In this document: one piece after another, positions 27,573 to 38,159 of the stretch
How positions within the stretch are numbered: the first letter of the stretch is position 1
Layout: every line of letters begins with the position of its first letter
Origin: an uncultured Desulfovibrionaceae bacterium
Lineage (GTDB): Bacteria; Desulfobacterota; Desulfovibrionia; Desulfovibrionales; Desulfovibrionaceae
Assembly: GCA_937934715.1 (NCBI GenBank)
Contig: CALGYO010000049.1
Location: 19,257 to 83,256, forward strand
DNA: 64,000 nt
Direction of reading: 5' to 3'
Translations under genes and position numbers: made by a program
Notes under the pieces: model-generated
Database searches by the model: none
What the model was told of the DNA's origin: nothing
What the model saw: the letters and a program-made list of their open reading frames with translations, nothing else

Positions 27573-30290
27573 ATGAAAAAGACACTCCTGGTAAACGGCG
27601 TCAGCCGCATGGTGGTGGCCAAGCCCACTGCCCAGCTGGCGGATGTCCTGCGCAAGAACCTTGGACTGACGAGCGTCAAGATCGGTTGCGGTCAAGGACA
27701 GTGCGGCTCGTGCAGCATCATTCTGGACGGCAAGCTGGTCCGTTCCTGCGCCCGCAAGATGGAGCGCATTCCGGAAGGCGCTCAGATCACCACCCTGGAA
27801 GGCATCGGCACGCCCCAGTCGCTGCATCCCATCCAGCTGGCCTGGATGGCCTACGGCGGAGCCCAGTGCGGCTACTGTACGCCGGGCTTCATCGTCTCTT
27901 CCTACGCCCTGCTGGAATGCAATCCCAGCCCCACGCGCGGCGAAGTCCGCGACTGGTTCCAGAAATACCGCAACGTCTGCCGCTGCACCGGCTACAAACC
28001 GCTGGTGGACGCGGTCATGGCCGCCGCCGAAGTCATGCGCGGCGAAGTCCCGCTCTCGGCCCTGGAATTCAAGATTCCCGAAGACGGCCGCATCTGGGGC
28101 TCCAAGTATCCGCGCCCTTCCGCCGTGGCCAAAGTCACAGGAACCTGGGACTTCGGCGCCGACCTCGGCCTCAGGCTGCCCGACGACGCCTTGCATTGCG
28201 CCCTGGTCCAGGCCGAGACGTCCCATGCGCTCATCAAGTCCATCGACGTGTCCGAGGCCGAAAAGATGCCCGGCGTCTACAAGGTCGTCACCCATAAGGA
28301 CATCAAGGGCAAGAACCGCATAACCGGGCTCATCACCTTCCCGTCCAACAAGGGCGACGGCTGGGACCGTCCCATCCTGTGCGACGAGAAGATCTTCCAG
28401 TACGGCGACGCCATCGCCATCGTCTGCGCCGACACCGAGGACCACGCCCATGACGCCGTGGCCAAGGTCAAGGTGGAGCTGGAGCAACTGCCCAGTTACA
28501 TGAACGCCCATGCGGCCATGGCCGAGGACGCCATCGAGATCCATCCCGGCACTCCCAATATCTATTACACCCAGAAGGTGGCCAAGGGCGAAGACACGAA
28601 AGCCATCTTCGAGAAGGCCGACGTGGTCATCGAAGGCGACTTCTACACCCAGCGCCAGCCGCACATGCCCATCGAGCCGGACGTCGGGTTCGCCTACACC
28701 GCCGAGAACGGCAAGCTGTACATCCACTCCAAGTCCATCGGCGTGCACCTGCACATGTACATGATCGCCCCCGGTCTGGGCGTGGAGCCCGGGGACATGG
28801 TCATGGTGCAGAACCCCACGGGCGGCACCTTCGGCTACAAGTTCTCGCCCACCATGGAAGCCCTGGTCGGCGCGGCCACCCTGGCCACGGGACGCCCGGC
28901 GTTCCTGCGGTACAACTGGTATCAGCAGCAGACCTACACCGGCAAACGGTCCCCGCAGTTCACCACGGTGCGCCTGGCCGCCGCCAAGGACGGCCAGCTG
29001 CTCGGCCTGGAATCCGATTGGACCGTGGACCACGGCCCTTACTCCGAATTCGGCGACCTCCTGACCCTGCGCGGCGCCCAGTTCATCGGCGCCGGCTACG
29101 ACATCCCGGCCATCCGGGGCGAAGGACGCACCGTCTGCACCAACCACTGCTGGGGCGCCGCCTTCCGCGGTTACGGCGGTCCGGAAGCGGAATTCCCCTC
29201 CGAGGCGCTGATGGACGAGCTGGCCGAAAAGCTGGGCATGGACCCGCTGGAGCTGCGCTACAAGAACGTCTACCGCAAAGGCTCCACCACGCCCACGGGG
29301 CAGGATCCCGAGGTGTATTCCCTGCCCGAGATGATCGACATCCTGCGGCCCAAATACGAGGAGGCCAAGAAAAAGGCCGCCGCCAACTCCACCGCCGAGT
29401 TCAAGCGCGGCGTGGGCGTGGCGCTCGGCATCTACGGCTCTGGCCTTGACGGCCCCGACACCGCCGAAGTGGACGTCGCCCTCAATGCGGACGGCTCCGT
29501 GACCGTCTACTCCTGCTGGGGCGATCACGGTCAGGGCGCGGACATGGGCACCCTGGGCACGGCCCACGAGGCCCTTCGCCCGCTCAACATCGCCCCCGGC
29601 CGGATTCACCTGGTGATGGGCGATACCAGTCTGGCGCCCAACGCGGGTCCGGCTGGCGGCAGCCGTTCCCAGGTCGTGGTCGGTCAGGCCACCAAGAACG
29701 CCTGCGAGCGGTTGCTGGAGGCCATGAAAAAGCCCGACGGCTCCTTGCGGACCTACGCTGAAATGGAGGCCGAGAAGCTGGACCTGCGCTACAGCGGCAA
29801 GTTCTCGGCGCCCGCCAACGATTGTGACGCGAACGGTCAGGGCAACCCCTTCTGCTGCTACATGTACGGCGTGTTCATGGCCGAAGTGGCCGTGGAGATC
29901 GCCACCGGCAAGACCACCGTGGAGAAGATGACCATGGTGGCCGACGTGGGCAAGGTCAACAACTTCCTGGTTGTGGACGGCCAGATCTACGGCGGCCTGG
30001 CCCAGGGCATCGGTCTGGCCCTTTCCGAAGACTACGAGGATATCAAGAAGCATTCGACCATGCTCGGCGCGGGCATTCCGTACATCAAGGACATCCCGGA
30101 CGACATGGAGATCATCTATGTGGAGACGCCGCGTCCCAGCGGTCCCTTCGGCGCGTCCGGCGTGGGCGAGGTCCCGCTGTGCGGCCCGCACCCGGCGATC
30201 ATCAACGCCATCCATAACGCCTGCGGCGTGCGCATCCGCGATCTGCCCGCCTACCCCGAAAAGGTGCTGGCCGGACTCAAAGCCCTCTAG
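27573..30290 (+). CDS. mop: molybdenum aldehyde oxidoreductase (MOP, xanthine-oxidase family)
   Basis: 2Fe-2S motifs CGQGQCGSCS, CGYCTPGF, CRCTGY. Long colinear matches to D. gigas MOP (RIWGSKYPRPSAVAKVTGT, GRQPHMPIEPDV, YMYGVFMAEV, GPFGASGVGE), similar length. Confidence 0.95.
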   Translation: MKKTLLVNGVSRMVVAKPTAQLADVLRKNLGLTSVKIGCGQGQCGSCSIILDGKLVRSCARKMERIPEGAQITTLEGIGTPQSLHPIQLAWMAYGGAQCGYCTPGFIVSSYALLECNPSPTRGEVRDWFQKYRNVCRCTGYKPLVDAVMAAAEVMRGEVPLSALEFKIPEDGRIWGSKYPRPSAVAKVTGTWDFGADLGLRLPDDALHCALVQAETSHALIKSIDVSEAEKMPGVYKVVTHKDIKGKNRITGLITFPSNKGDGWDRPILCDEKIFQYGDAIAIVCADTEDHAHDAVAKVKVELEQLPSYMNAHAAMAEDAIEIHPGTPNIYYTQKVAKGEDTKAIFEKADVVIEGDFYTQRQPHMPIEPDVGFAYTAENGKLYIHSKSIGVHLHMYMIAPGLGVEPGDMVMVQNPTGGTFGYKFSPTMEALVGAATLATGRPAFLRYNWYQQQTYTGKRSPQFTTVRLAAAKDGQLLGLESDWTVDHGPYSEFGDLLTLRGAQFIGAGYDIPAIRGEGRTVCTNHCWGAAFRGYGGPEAEFPSEALMDELAEKLGMDPLELRYKNVYRKGSTTPTGQDPEVYSLPEMIDILRPKYEEAKKKAAANSTAEFKRGVGVALGIYGSGLDGPDTAEVDVALNADGSVTVYSCWGDHGQGADMGTLGTAHEALRPLNIAPGRIHLVMGDTSLAPNAGPAGGSRSQVVVGQATKNACERLLEAMKKPDGSLRTYAEMEAEKLDLRYSGKFSAPANDCDANGQGNPFCCYMYGVFMAEVAVEIATGKTTVEKMTMVADVGKVNNFLVVDGQIYGGLAQGIGLALSEDYEDIKKHSTMLGAGIPYIKDIPDDMEIIYVETPRPSGPFGASGVGEVPLCGPHPAIINAIHNACGVRIRDLPAYPEKVLAGLKAL

Positions 30291-30315
30291 CCCGCATCCG
30301 CGACCCGCAACCCAA

Positions 30316-30350
30316 GGGCGGCCCCGGGATTCCCCGGGGCCGCCCTTTTT
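30316..30350 (+). terminator. rho-independent terminator after mop
   Basis: gggcggccccggg-att-ccccggggccgccc followed by TTTTT. Confidence 0.85.
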
Positions 30351-30606
30351 CACGCCCCGCCCGCTCCGAAACGCCCCGCGGCCAGGCATCTTGCGCAGCG
30401 GCCATGCGGGACGCATGCTGGCGCAATACGCGCTGATGACGAATGCTCTTTGAACATTTCCCCGCGGCGGTCCCGGAGCGCGCTGGCGTTATCATCGCGG
30501 CGCCCGCCTGCTCTGAAAACAAACGGTCAATTCCTGTCCCGCTGTTGTCACGGCCTGGCGCACGATGCCGCGCGAAACGATTCCACAGCCGGTCTTTTGC
30601 GGCATG

Positions 30607-32694
30607 TCACAATACCGTCAGACGATTTCTGCCTTCACGCTTGCTCTGATACAGGGCGGCGTCCGCCCGGGACAACAGCTTTTCCGGTGAATCCTCCTCG
30701 AAGCGCTCCACGAAGGCGCAGCCAAGGCTGATGGTGACAAACGGACAGGTTCCCTGTTCATGAGGTATCCGTTCGTCCTCCACGGCCTGCCGGATGCGCT
30801 CGCCGATGAGCGCGGCGTCTTCCTTGCGTCCCAGCATGAGTACGGCGAACTCCTCTCCGCCATAGCGGCAGATCTGGTCCAGGTCCCGGCGGGCGCAACG
30901 GCGCGCCGCGCCGGCGATACGCCTGAGGCAAGCGTCGCCGCTTTGATGCCCGTACCGGTCATTGTATTTCTTGAAGAAGTCCACATCGAACAGGATCAGG
31001 GCCAGGCCCGCTCCCTCGCGTTGGGCCAGGCTCCATAAAAGCCGCAGGGTTTCGTCAAAATGGCGCCGATTGCGCAGTCCCGTCAGGCTGTCGGTCAAGG
31101 ACAGCTCCTCGAGAAGCTTGTTGGCCGTTTCCAGCTCCTGCGTGCGCTGCGCAACGATATGTTCCAAGTTTTCGGCATGTTCCTGTATCTGTTTATGGGA
31201 GTTGGAGAGGTCGTTGGTCATGGAGTTGAACGCCAGGGCAAGCTGTCCCAGTTCGTCGTGAGAAATGACAGGCGCCTGAGAACGGAAGTCGCCTTGAGAA
31301 AGGGAGATGGCTCTCTCTTTCAAGAGTTTTATCTGCTTGACGCTGTAGGATACGACCAGGAGTGAAAGCGTGATGGCCACGGCGCTGACGGCGCACGCGG
31401 CGACGATGGAGAACAGAATGGACGTTGAGGAAGCCGAGGCGATCTCCTCCTGAATGGCGCTCTGGATATAACCGGCTTCGGATTTAGGCGCGATGACGCC
31501 GACAAAGAACATCACGGGGTCGATGGTGGCGCCGTTCCAGCGGAAGACCTTCGCAAAGGATCGCAGCGCCAGATAACATCCATCAGCATTATCGGAGAGG
31601 TCGTAGAGCGTAAAGGCATTCTCCTTTCCGGGGAGCTTTATGCTGGCAAAGCTTGGGATGCTGCTGGAAAAAATGTTGGTGGTTAAGGTGTTGACGCCCG
31701 CCCCAGGACCTCCTTTGGGATGCACGCCGAGCAATTTGCATTGTTCGTCGCTCAAACCCAGCATGTCTCCGTCGCTCGTCATGATAAACGAGAAGCCCTG
31801 CTTGCCCAGTTTGGCTTCCTGGACGATGCGGGCAATGTCGCCGATATTGACGTCTATGGCAACGGCGCCCGCGTTGGCGTCGCGTTTGGCGTTCCACAAG
31901 GGATGGAAAAACGTAAGCATGACGCCGGCGCCCCCGGCATCATCATAGAACGGAGTGATCGTGGTTTGGCTGGTCCCGTCAGCGAGCGGCCCTGCATTCC
32001 CATGTATCCATTTCTCCCAGCCTTCCACCATGTTGGGGAAAAAGAAGTCCCACCAATTTTGCACGTTGTGCCCGGGGTATGTTTCGTCGAAAAGAGCCGG
32101 CATCTGGGCCCAGGGGTACATCATCATCAAAGGAGCGCTCTTGGGGCCAACAATATAAAGCCATCCCTTTTGTACGCCATATTTGCCGATAGCGTGCATA
32201 AAGGGCTTGAGCGTGGACAGCGTCGCCGCATAGGAGCGGGTGGCCGTATCCACTTGGCCCGCCGCGTCATGCTGATATCCCCAGACGCTTATGCTGATGT
32301 CCGCATCGCCTTTTTCGATGTTGGACCAGTTTTGTTTCCGGTTGTACGCAAAGTCATTCCGGTAATAGTCGTAGCGCTGTAATTCTTCGCCGATTCGTTC
32401 CGCATCCGCGCCCATATCGATCAGGGTCTGGACGGTTCCGGCCAGCATGTTGAGTTCATGTGTGATTTCTTCTGTCCGCTGCCGGATGTTGATCGCGATG
32501 TTCCTGCTGCTTTCAGTAATAAAATCAGTATAGAGGCTTTTCATATGCCTATTGATGATGGATGAACTATCATCTGAAAGGCGATTGTACACGAATAATA
32601 CGATAGTAAGGACGAAAAAAGTCGTCACAAGTGTTGGGACAACCACAAGAAACATCATCTTTGAATTGAAACTACGGGCGAAGGTCATTCGCAT
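30607..32694 (-). CDS. Cache-HAMP-GGDEF diguanylate cyclase
   Basis: N-terminal TM, large periplasmic Cache-like region, second TM, HAMP (LGQLALAFNSMTNDL), coiled coil, GGDEF domain with RYGGEEF. Confidence 0.85.
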   Translation of the reverse strand: MRMTFARSFNSKMMFLVVVPTLVTTFFVLTIVLFVYNRLSDDSSSIINRHMKSLYTDFITESSRNIAINIRQRTEEITHELNMLAGTVQTLIDMGADAERIGEELQRYDYYRNDFAYNRKQNWSNIEKGDADISISVWGYQHDAAGQVDTATRSYAATLSTLKPFMHAIGKYGVQKGWLYIVGPKSAPLMMMYPWAQMPALFDETYPGHNVQNWWDFFFPNMVEGWEKWIHGNAGPLADGTSQTTITPFYDDAGGAGVMLTFFHPLWNAKRDANAGAVAIDVNIGDIARIVQEAKLGKQGFSFIMTSDGDMLGLSDEQCKLLGVHPKGGPGAGVNTLTTNIFSSSIPSFASIKLPGKENAFTLYDLSDNADGCYLALRSFAKVFRWNGATIDPVMFFVGVIAPKSEAGYIQSAIQEEIASASSTSILFSIVAACAVSAVAITLSLLVVSYSVKQIKLLKERAISLSQGDFRSQAPVISHDELGQLALAFNSMTNDLSNSHKQIQEHAENLEHIVAQRTQELETANKLLEELSLTDSLTGLRNRRHFDETLRLLWSLAQREGAGLALILFDVDFFKKYNDRYGHQSGDACLRRIAGAARRCARRDLDQICRYGGEEFAVLMLGRKEDAALIGERIRQAVEDERIPHEQGTCPFVTISLGCAFVERFEEDSPEKLLSRADAALYQSKREGRNRLTVL

Positions 32695-33132
32695 AATGCA
32701 ACCACTTCAAGTTATAAGAGTATGTATGAGCGGTTCATGCTTTTAGGCGGATAATGCAATAGTCTTCTTTTTAACAGATGTATAAAATCGATTATTGTGT
32801 AGTCCTGGGCTCAGGACACCATCTCCAGTTTTATTGTCATGGTCAATATCTTTTCAGATCCATTCTCGTTTTACATGGATAACATCTCTTTGTTCAATCA
32901 TTCATGTGGCCGCTGTACGCATTCAGTATGCCTTTCCCATCCAACCCTTCAGAATCGAAGAAGAACGATGACTGGTCCGGTGATCGCGGAAAAGCGCCCG
33001 GAACGTCCAAGCGCCAGCTCAGGACGGAAGGGCCGCCAGAAAATGGAAAACGCGCCCATCATCATCCCGTTTTGGGCGCCGCTGCGGAGCGTTTCCGGAA
33101 AGGAGACCGCTGCGCAACGTGTTGATAAAGGG

Positions 33133-34260
33133 ACGTATTACCGGGAGCAAAAAATAGTTAACTATGCTGCGGCCGCATAGGCGACGGCAGCGCCTTCGAA
33201 ATACCTTCTGACTTTTGCTGGCCGACGCTGACTGCTTCGTAAAAAGGCCCTCGAATTTGACCATCATGTCTCGCTTGTCACGGGCGCGCCTTTGGCGGAA
33301 GGCATTGCCCTCCAAGTCCTGATTCAAAAGTTCATCCGGATTCAGCTCCGGGTGGTAGGCGGGGAGAAAGAACAGACGAATCCTTTCACGGTTCTTTTCC
33401 AGCCACGGACTCACCTTGTTGGTCTTGTGCACGGCGTGGCGATCCACGAAAAAAAACCTTTTCACCGGATTGTTGCTGCATAAGACGATCGAGGAATTCA
33501 AGAAAGACCGGGACGGTGAAGCGCTCTCCAAAAACCATGAAACGCAGGTCCCCCTGGTTGGCAATGGCCGAAATCATGTTGCAGCCGAACCGTCGCCCCG
33601 AGGTCTTGACCGCCGGCGTCTTCCCTTTTCTCCCCACGTCGTTTCCGTCTGGTGGTCCGAACGCAGTCCCGTCTCGTCTCCCCGCCATATCCGGGCATTC
33701 TCTTCCTTGGCTTGACGGCGGATCTCAGGATGCTTCCGCTTGAGCCAGTCGCTCGCCTGGGCGGGATTCCGCTCCAAGGCGCGCTTTGCGGGCTTTTGCG
33801 GCGAAAGGGGCCATGCTTTGAGATATCGCCCCGCCGTCCAACGTGAAATATCGATCCCGTAGCGCCGCTCGATGAGCTCAGATACCAAATCCCTCGTCCA
33901 AAGAAGCCCGGGGAGCCGGAGCTGGTCCGGACATCTGCCCAATATGGATTTCTTGACCGCCCCCATCCGCTCCCTGTTCAGTCTCCCGCTCTTGGGGCGA
34001 CCTTGCCGCTTCGTTTTCAGGGCTTTCTCGCCGTTCTCGCGATAGGCCTTCGCCAAGAGGCAAGCAGCTGTTCTGGAAACGCCGAAGACCTTGGCAGCCT
34101 CGGTCTGGCTCTTCCCATCCATAACCACAGACCGAACCACCTTAAACCGTATGGCTTCCTGGGCCGTTCGTGAAAGCGTTCTCGTGTCCGTGTGCGTCAT
34201 GCCAAAGACATAGCATTATCACACGATACTGTTACATGCTTGTTGCTCCTTGTAATAACT
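33133..34260 (-). mobile_element. decayed IS630-family insertion sequence
   Basis: Imperfect terminal inverted repeats (gtattaccgggagcaa at about 33135 versus ttgctccttgtaataac at about 34243) flank a transposase split over three frames. Confidence 0.7.
33162..34200 (-). pseudogene. IS630-family DDE transposase, multiple frameshifts
   Basis: HTH N-terminus and WRGDETGL (first D) in one frame, GKTPAVKTSGRRFGCNMISAI in a second, FVDRHAVHKT...LPAYHPELNPDE in a third. One shift sits at an A8 run (33449-33456); C-terminal VRRYFE..YA tail is again out of frame. Confidence 0.75.
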
Positions 34261-34814
34261 TGTTTTTTTAGCAATTTAGGGGGGCGCATAGCATTGTTGG
34301 CTCCTGCCGCCGGTCATCCGTAGGTTTTGTGGCGCATCAGCCAGCTTGCTGCCTATGGACATCCAAGCCGTTTTTGTTGCAATAACGAGGTTTTTCTTCT
34401 CTGAGCTTGCCGGAATGGTGTAAAGTATTCACGCCGATCAAGCGTTGCTCGTCTTTGCAAAATGACGGAATAACCGGGGGCAACAGAGCGCAGCCGGGCG
34501 GGGGACGGCGGGTAGCAGGTTGTGACCATCTGCCCAGCCATAATTATGCAGATAAGGGTACGTTTCATCAAATTGTATAAAGTACCTTGTAAGGAAGAGA
34601 TTGTACTCGCGTCAATTCTGTTGGGATCAAGGTCATGGGCATCTTGATTTTTGAGGAGATTGAAGCTACGTTCTATTCTAGTCCTTATTCTTGCTTGTTT
34701 AGTCGCTTTGCAACAACAGCATAGCGGGGTCGAAATAACTCTTAAGCCAAAGAATTTGAACTTCTGGATGTTGGCATTTGAGCGGACTACTCAAACATTT
34801 CCGAAAGCCGGGAA

Positions 34815-35375
34815 ATGAAAATGAAAAAGATGATTGATTTGACTTTGGAATTAAGCGAGGCAAGAGAACAGTTCAAAGGGCTTCATCACCTTGGCACTCA
34901 TATTGACATCATGGATACTGGTGGTTTGGCGCCTGAGCGCTTTATATCGAAGTGTCACCTGATTCAGGTTGTGAACATCTTTGACAGAGAGATTCAGCTT
35001 GGGGAGACGGGATTGAGTGCTATTGAAATCGAGAAAGGTGACAGTATCATTTTTCATACAGGGTGGATGAAGAAGTATTTCAAAACCGATCAATATTTCA
35101 AAGATCATGCTTATATATCCTTTGAAATAATACAGTATTTAATAAGCAAGCAGGTCAACTTGATTGGAATTGATGCCCCCGGGATTAGAAGAACAACTGG
35201 AGAGCATAAGCATTATGACATGGATGTTCTTTGTTCTCAATCCGGAGTTTTCAATTTGGAGAACCTCTGTTGCATAGAAAAGATTGAGCAGACCGAATTT
35301 AAGCTTTATTGTTTTCCGTTGTCGGATGCAAAATCGACAGGGACAACATGTCGAGTCATAGCTGAAATGGAGTGA
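34815..35375 (+). CDS. putative cyclase-family protein (kynurenine-formamidase-like fold)
   Basis: HHLGTHIDIMD motif (HxGTHxD) and IGIDAPG; gene and flanks visibly AT-rich relative to the window. Confidence 0.55.
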   Translation: MKMKKMIDLTLELSEAREQFKGLHHLGTHIDIMDTGGLAPERFISKCHLIQVVNIFDREIQLGETGLSAIEIEKGDSIIFHTGWMKKYFKTDQYFKDHAYISFEIIQYLISKQVNLIGIDAPGIRRTTGEHKHYDMDVLCSQSGVFNLENLCCIEKIEQTEFKLYCFPLSDAKSTGTTCRVIAEME

Positions 35376-35482
35376 AAACGGTCTTCATCGAATGACATGT
35401 AAATACTATTGTGTCGAGAAGCAGGGCAAGTAGTGGCGGGTTGTTGGCTAAGCCAAAGAAGAAGGGGTTAACCATTTCGGAT

Positions 35483-35544
35483 TAACCCCTTGAAATTTGT
35501 GGTGGAGCTGGAGGGAATCGAACCCACGACCTCTTGAATGCCAT
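35483..35544 (-). repeat. att-type direct repeat copy 1: 3' 45 nt of tRNA-Ala plus 17 nt downstream
   Basis: Identical over 62 bp to 38673-38734. Contains tggtggagctggagggaatcgaacccacgacctcttgaatgccat (T-arm/acceptor/CCA of the tRNA at 52503-52578); weaker tRNA homology continues to about 35558. Confidence 0.9.
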
Positions 35545-35618
35545 GCCCGCTCTCCATTTATGGGGATGTGGACAAGAGTTGGACCAACGAAAGACTTACT
35601 GCAAGGCAAGGATACGAG

Positions 35619-36590
35619 ATGACTGTTATTTCCCAATTCATGGAAACACATTTCAAGCATTTCAACGCCCGCGAGACCATGGATGCCGCCAAGGCTTGGC
35701 GCGAGCTGATCGAGTCGGGTGGCAAAATGTTTCTGGCCATGGCGGGCGCCATGAGTACGGCTGAGATAGGCATATCTCTGGCGGAGATGATCCGGCGGGA
35801 AAAAGTTCACGCCATCTGTTGCACCGGAGCCAATCTTGAGGAAGACGTATTTAACCTTTTCAGCCACAACAACTACGAGATGTTTCCCGGCTACGCCGAT
35901 CTTTCCCCGCTTGACGAACGCGACCTATACGAGCGGGGCATGAACAGGGTGACGGACACCTGCATTCCCAAGACGGCCATGCAGCACGTGGAAAGCGTCA
36001 TCGTGAAATTTTGGCAGGAGGCAGCCGAAAAGGGCGAGCCGCTTTTCCCCTACCAGTTCCTATACAAGGTTCTTGATGAGCCGAATATCGAGGAGCATTT
36101 TCACATTCCTCGCGAGCATTCCTGGGTTCTGGCGGCCAAGGAAAAGGGATTGCCCATTTTTTCGCCGGGCGCGGCAGACAGTTCCCTGGGCAACGCCTAT
36201 TGCGCCGAGGTCATGCGCGGCGCTATTGCTGGGCGCCATGGCCTGCGCACGGATACCGAACTCATGGAATTTCTGGCGAAATGGTACATGGAGAACGCGG
36301 GAGAGGGGACGCCAGTGGGATTTTTTCAGATCGGCGGCGGCATCGCTGGCGATTTCTCTATATGCGTCGTCCCGATGCTCAACCAGGACGTGAAGGTGAA
36401 AAAGATACCACTCTGGGCCTATTTCGCCCAGATTGGCGACAGCCCAACCTCCAACGGATCCTATTCCGGCGCGCCGCCCAACGAAAAGATCACCTGGGGC
36501 AAGCTCGACGTGAACACGCCGCGATTCATGATCAATTCCGACGCCACAATCGTGGCGCCGCTAATTTTCGCCTATGTCATGAAACAATAG
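35619..36590 (+). CDS. deoxyhypusine synthase-family protein
   Basis: AGAMSTAEIGISLAEMIRREKVHAICCTGANLEED, FQIGGGIAGDF, YSGAPPNEKITWGK are the conserved blocks of bacterial DHS-like proteins; start MTVISQF (the longer ORF would begin inside the tRNA fragment). Confidence 0.8.
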   Translation: MTVISQFMETHFKHFNARETMDAAKAWRELIESGGKMFLAMAGAMSTAEIGISLAEMIRREKVHAICCTGANLEEDVFNLFSHNNYEMFPGYADLSPLDERDLYERGMNRVTDTCIPKTAMQHVESVIVKFWQEAAEKGEPLFPYQFLYKVLDEPNIEEHFHIPREHSWVLAAKEKGLPIFSPGAADSSLGNAYCAEVMRGAIAGRHGLRTDTELMEFLAKWYMENAGEGTPVGFFQIGGGIAGDFSICVVPMLNQDVKVKKIPLWAYFAQIGDSPTSNGSYSGAPPNEKITWGKLDVNTPRFMINSDATIVAPLIFAYVMKQ

Positions 36591-36656
36591 CCGCGAGGAA
36601 CGGGCTTTAGTTTGGCAGGATTATAGCGCTCCCGTCCACGAAGGTCTCCCTTAAAC

Positions 36657-38156
36657 CTATCCTGCACAGCTTCCAGGAGCGCAGGAGCGCACGTAGTCCA
36701 GTAGTTCGTGAGCAAAGGGCGTGTACACATGCATAGCCTCGAACCCAGGTTCCGTGCCGTGAAGGAACTGGAGCGCCAGATGCATGCGGCCTTCCTGGCC
36801 TGGGCCAACGCCCGCGAAGAAAAAGCCCAGCCTCTCGGCAGCCTCGCACAGACCCGGGGTATGCGGGTTGTCCAGAGGCAGGAGGAGCACTGTCAACGGG
36901 ATGTCATGGGCGCGGGAGGCATGGAGTTGGGCCTCGATCTGGGCCAGCGCATCCCGGCCGGGCTCGGCCACCGTGACGAAGGCCCAGCCCTCCTTGAAGT
37001 CCGCCTCAGTTTCCAGGAGCGAGGGCGTGTCCGGTAGGTGGGCCTCGCCGGTCGCGTCCGTGACCTGGGGGTGGCCAAAGCCGATATGGGCAAGGATGCG
37101 TTCGATCATGCGCCTGTGCCGGGTCGGCAGATGGAGCGGGGCGGGATCGGGTTCACCGAGGCAGCGGATCAATACGAGATCGGCGATGCGGCCCGGGACG
37201 ACGCTGGCTTTGTCAGCCCTGTCCTCACGCCAGATGCTTGCCGCCGGCCCTGCGGCCGTGAGCAGGGCGCATTCCCTGAGCCCGACGTGGAGCGCGGAAC
37301 GCTGGGAGCGGACATGGCTTGTGACCGCCGAAGCCAGCACGACGCGCAGGCCGAGTTCGGCGGCGGCTTCGATGAGGTATTCGGCCAGTCCCCAGGAGCA
37401 GCCTTTCCCCTGGTGGCGCGCGTCCACGAACCCGAAGGTCAGTTCCCCGACTCCCGGTTCCAGAAGCAGCAGTGCGCCGTGGCCTGTTAGCCCGACGCCC
37501 TCGGCCTCGGTCACGACAGAGATCATCTCGCCTGTTTCAAGCATTTCCCGGACACTGGCCGGGTAATAAATCCGTTCGTCGAAGAGGACTGTACCGTGGG
37601 ATCTCAAGGCGAGGCGAGCGATGGCCTCGGCGTCGTTGGGCGTTGCGCGGCGCAGGGTTTGGGCCGGGAGCGGACTATCGGTTGCTGATAAAGCGGCTGG
37701 GGGCTCCCCGCGCTCCCCCGGGTCTGGGGAATGAGCAATCGGTAGGAGCGCAAGCATGGAAATCTCACGTTCTCCGCCCTCCTTGACCGAAAAGGACGCT
37801 TGATCGACGAGCCTGCGGATGAGGTGGACGCCAAGTCCGGTAGTGTCGCCCTCGACAAGGCGGCCCGGGTCGTACTGGGGCAGCAGGGGCTCGTCCAGGG
37901 GAAGGCCCAGAGAGCGCACGGCAAGGTGCATGCCGTGGGCCGTTCCGGCAAGGGTGATGCGAAGTTCATCGTTTGCGCCGCCGTAGCCGAAGGCAATGGC
38001 GTTCATGGCCGCCTCGTCCAGGGCTAGACAGATGTGCCTGACGCGCTCTTTGGCGAAGCCAAGCCGTAAGGCATACTCTTCGGCCGCAGCCACGGCCACT
38101 CCAACCCACCGGTCGCGGGCGGGCAGATGCAGGCTTACAGGGTCGTGCAGTCGCAA
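36657..38156 (-). CDS. RsbW-like serine kinase (HATPase_c_2) fused to tandem GNAT-like domains
   Basis: N-terminus LALDEAAMNAIAFGYGG...TGLGVHLIRRLVD resembles anti-sigma-factor kinases. Central RRATPNDAEAIARL...ARHQGKGCSWGLAEYLIEAA resembles the GNAT acetyl-CoA site; a second acyltransferase-like half follows. Confidence 0.6.
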   Translation of the reverse strand: MRLHDPVSLHLPARDRWVGVAVAAAEEYALRLGFAKERVRHICLALDEAAMNAIAFGYGGANDELRITLAGTAHGMHLAVRSLGLPLDEPLLPQYDPGRLVEGDTTGLGVHLIRRLVDQASFSVKEGGEREISMLALLPIAHSPDPGERGEPPAALSATDSPLPAQTLRRATPNDAEAIARLALRSHGTVLFDERIYYPASVREMLETGEMISVVTEAEGVGLTGHGALLLLEPGVGELTFGFVDARHQGKGCSWGLAEYLIEAAAELGLRVVLASAVTSHVRSQRSALHVGLRECALLTAAGPAASIWREDRADKASVVPGRIADLVLIRCLGEPDPAPLHLPTRHRRMIERILAHIGFGHPQVTDATGEAHLPDTPSLLETEADFKEGWAFVTVAEPGRDALAQIEAQLHASRAHDIPLTVLLLPLDNPHTPGLCEAAERLGFFFAGVGPGQEGRMHLALQFLHGTEPGFEAMHVYTPFAHELLDYVRSCAPGSCAG

Positions 38157-38159
38157 GGA

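Noticed and set aside
27492-30416. 974-aa ORF antisense to the whole mop gene
   Set aside because: Shadow ORF typical of high-GC DNA. Its translation is Gly/Arg/Ala/His-rich low-complexity sequence, whereas the plus-strand product is colinear with D. gigas aldehyde oxidoreductase.
32839-33180. 113-aa plus-strand ORF between the GGDEF gene and the IS630 remnant
   Set aside because: No RBS, heterogeneous composition, and it runs into the IS630 terminal repeat; likely non-coding.
34353-34571. 72-aa minus-strand ORF beginning with a lipoprotein-like signal (MKRTLICIIMAGQMVTTC)
   Set aside because: Sequence after the putative lipobox is Arg-rich and not protein-like; probably a remnant or chance ORF in AT-rich DNA.
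35448-35867. ORFs reading through the tRNA-derived repeats (also 38458-38790, 38559-38903 and 52321-52563), all containing ...GFDSLQLHHKFQG.. or ..VVGSIPSSST..
   Set aside because: The shared peptide is simply the translation of the tRNA-Ala T-arm/acceptor sequence; these are RNA-gene or att sequences, not coding.
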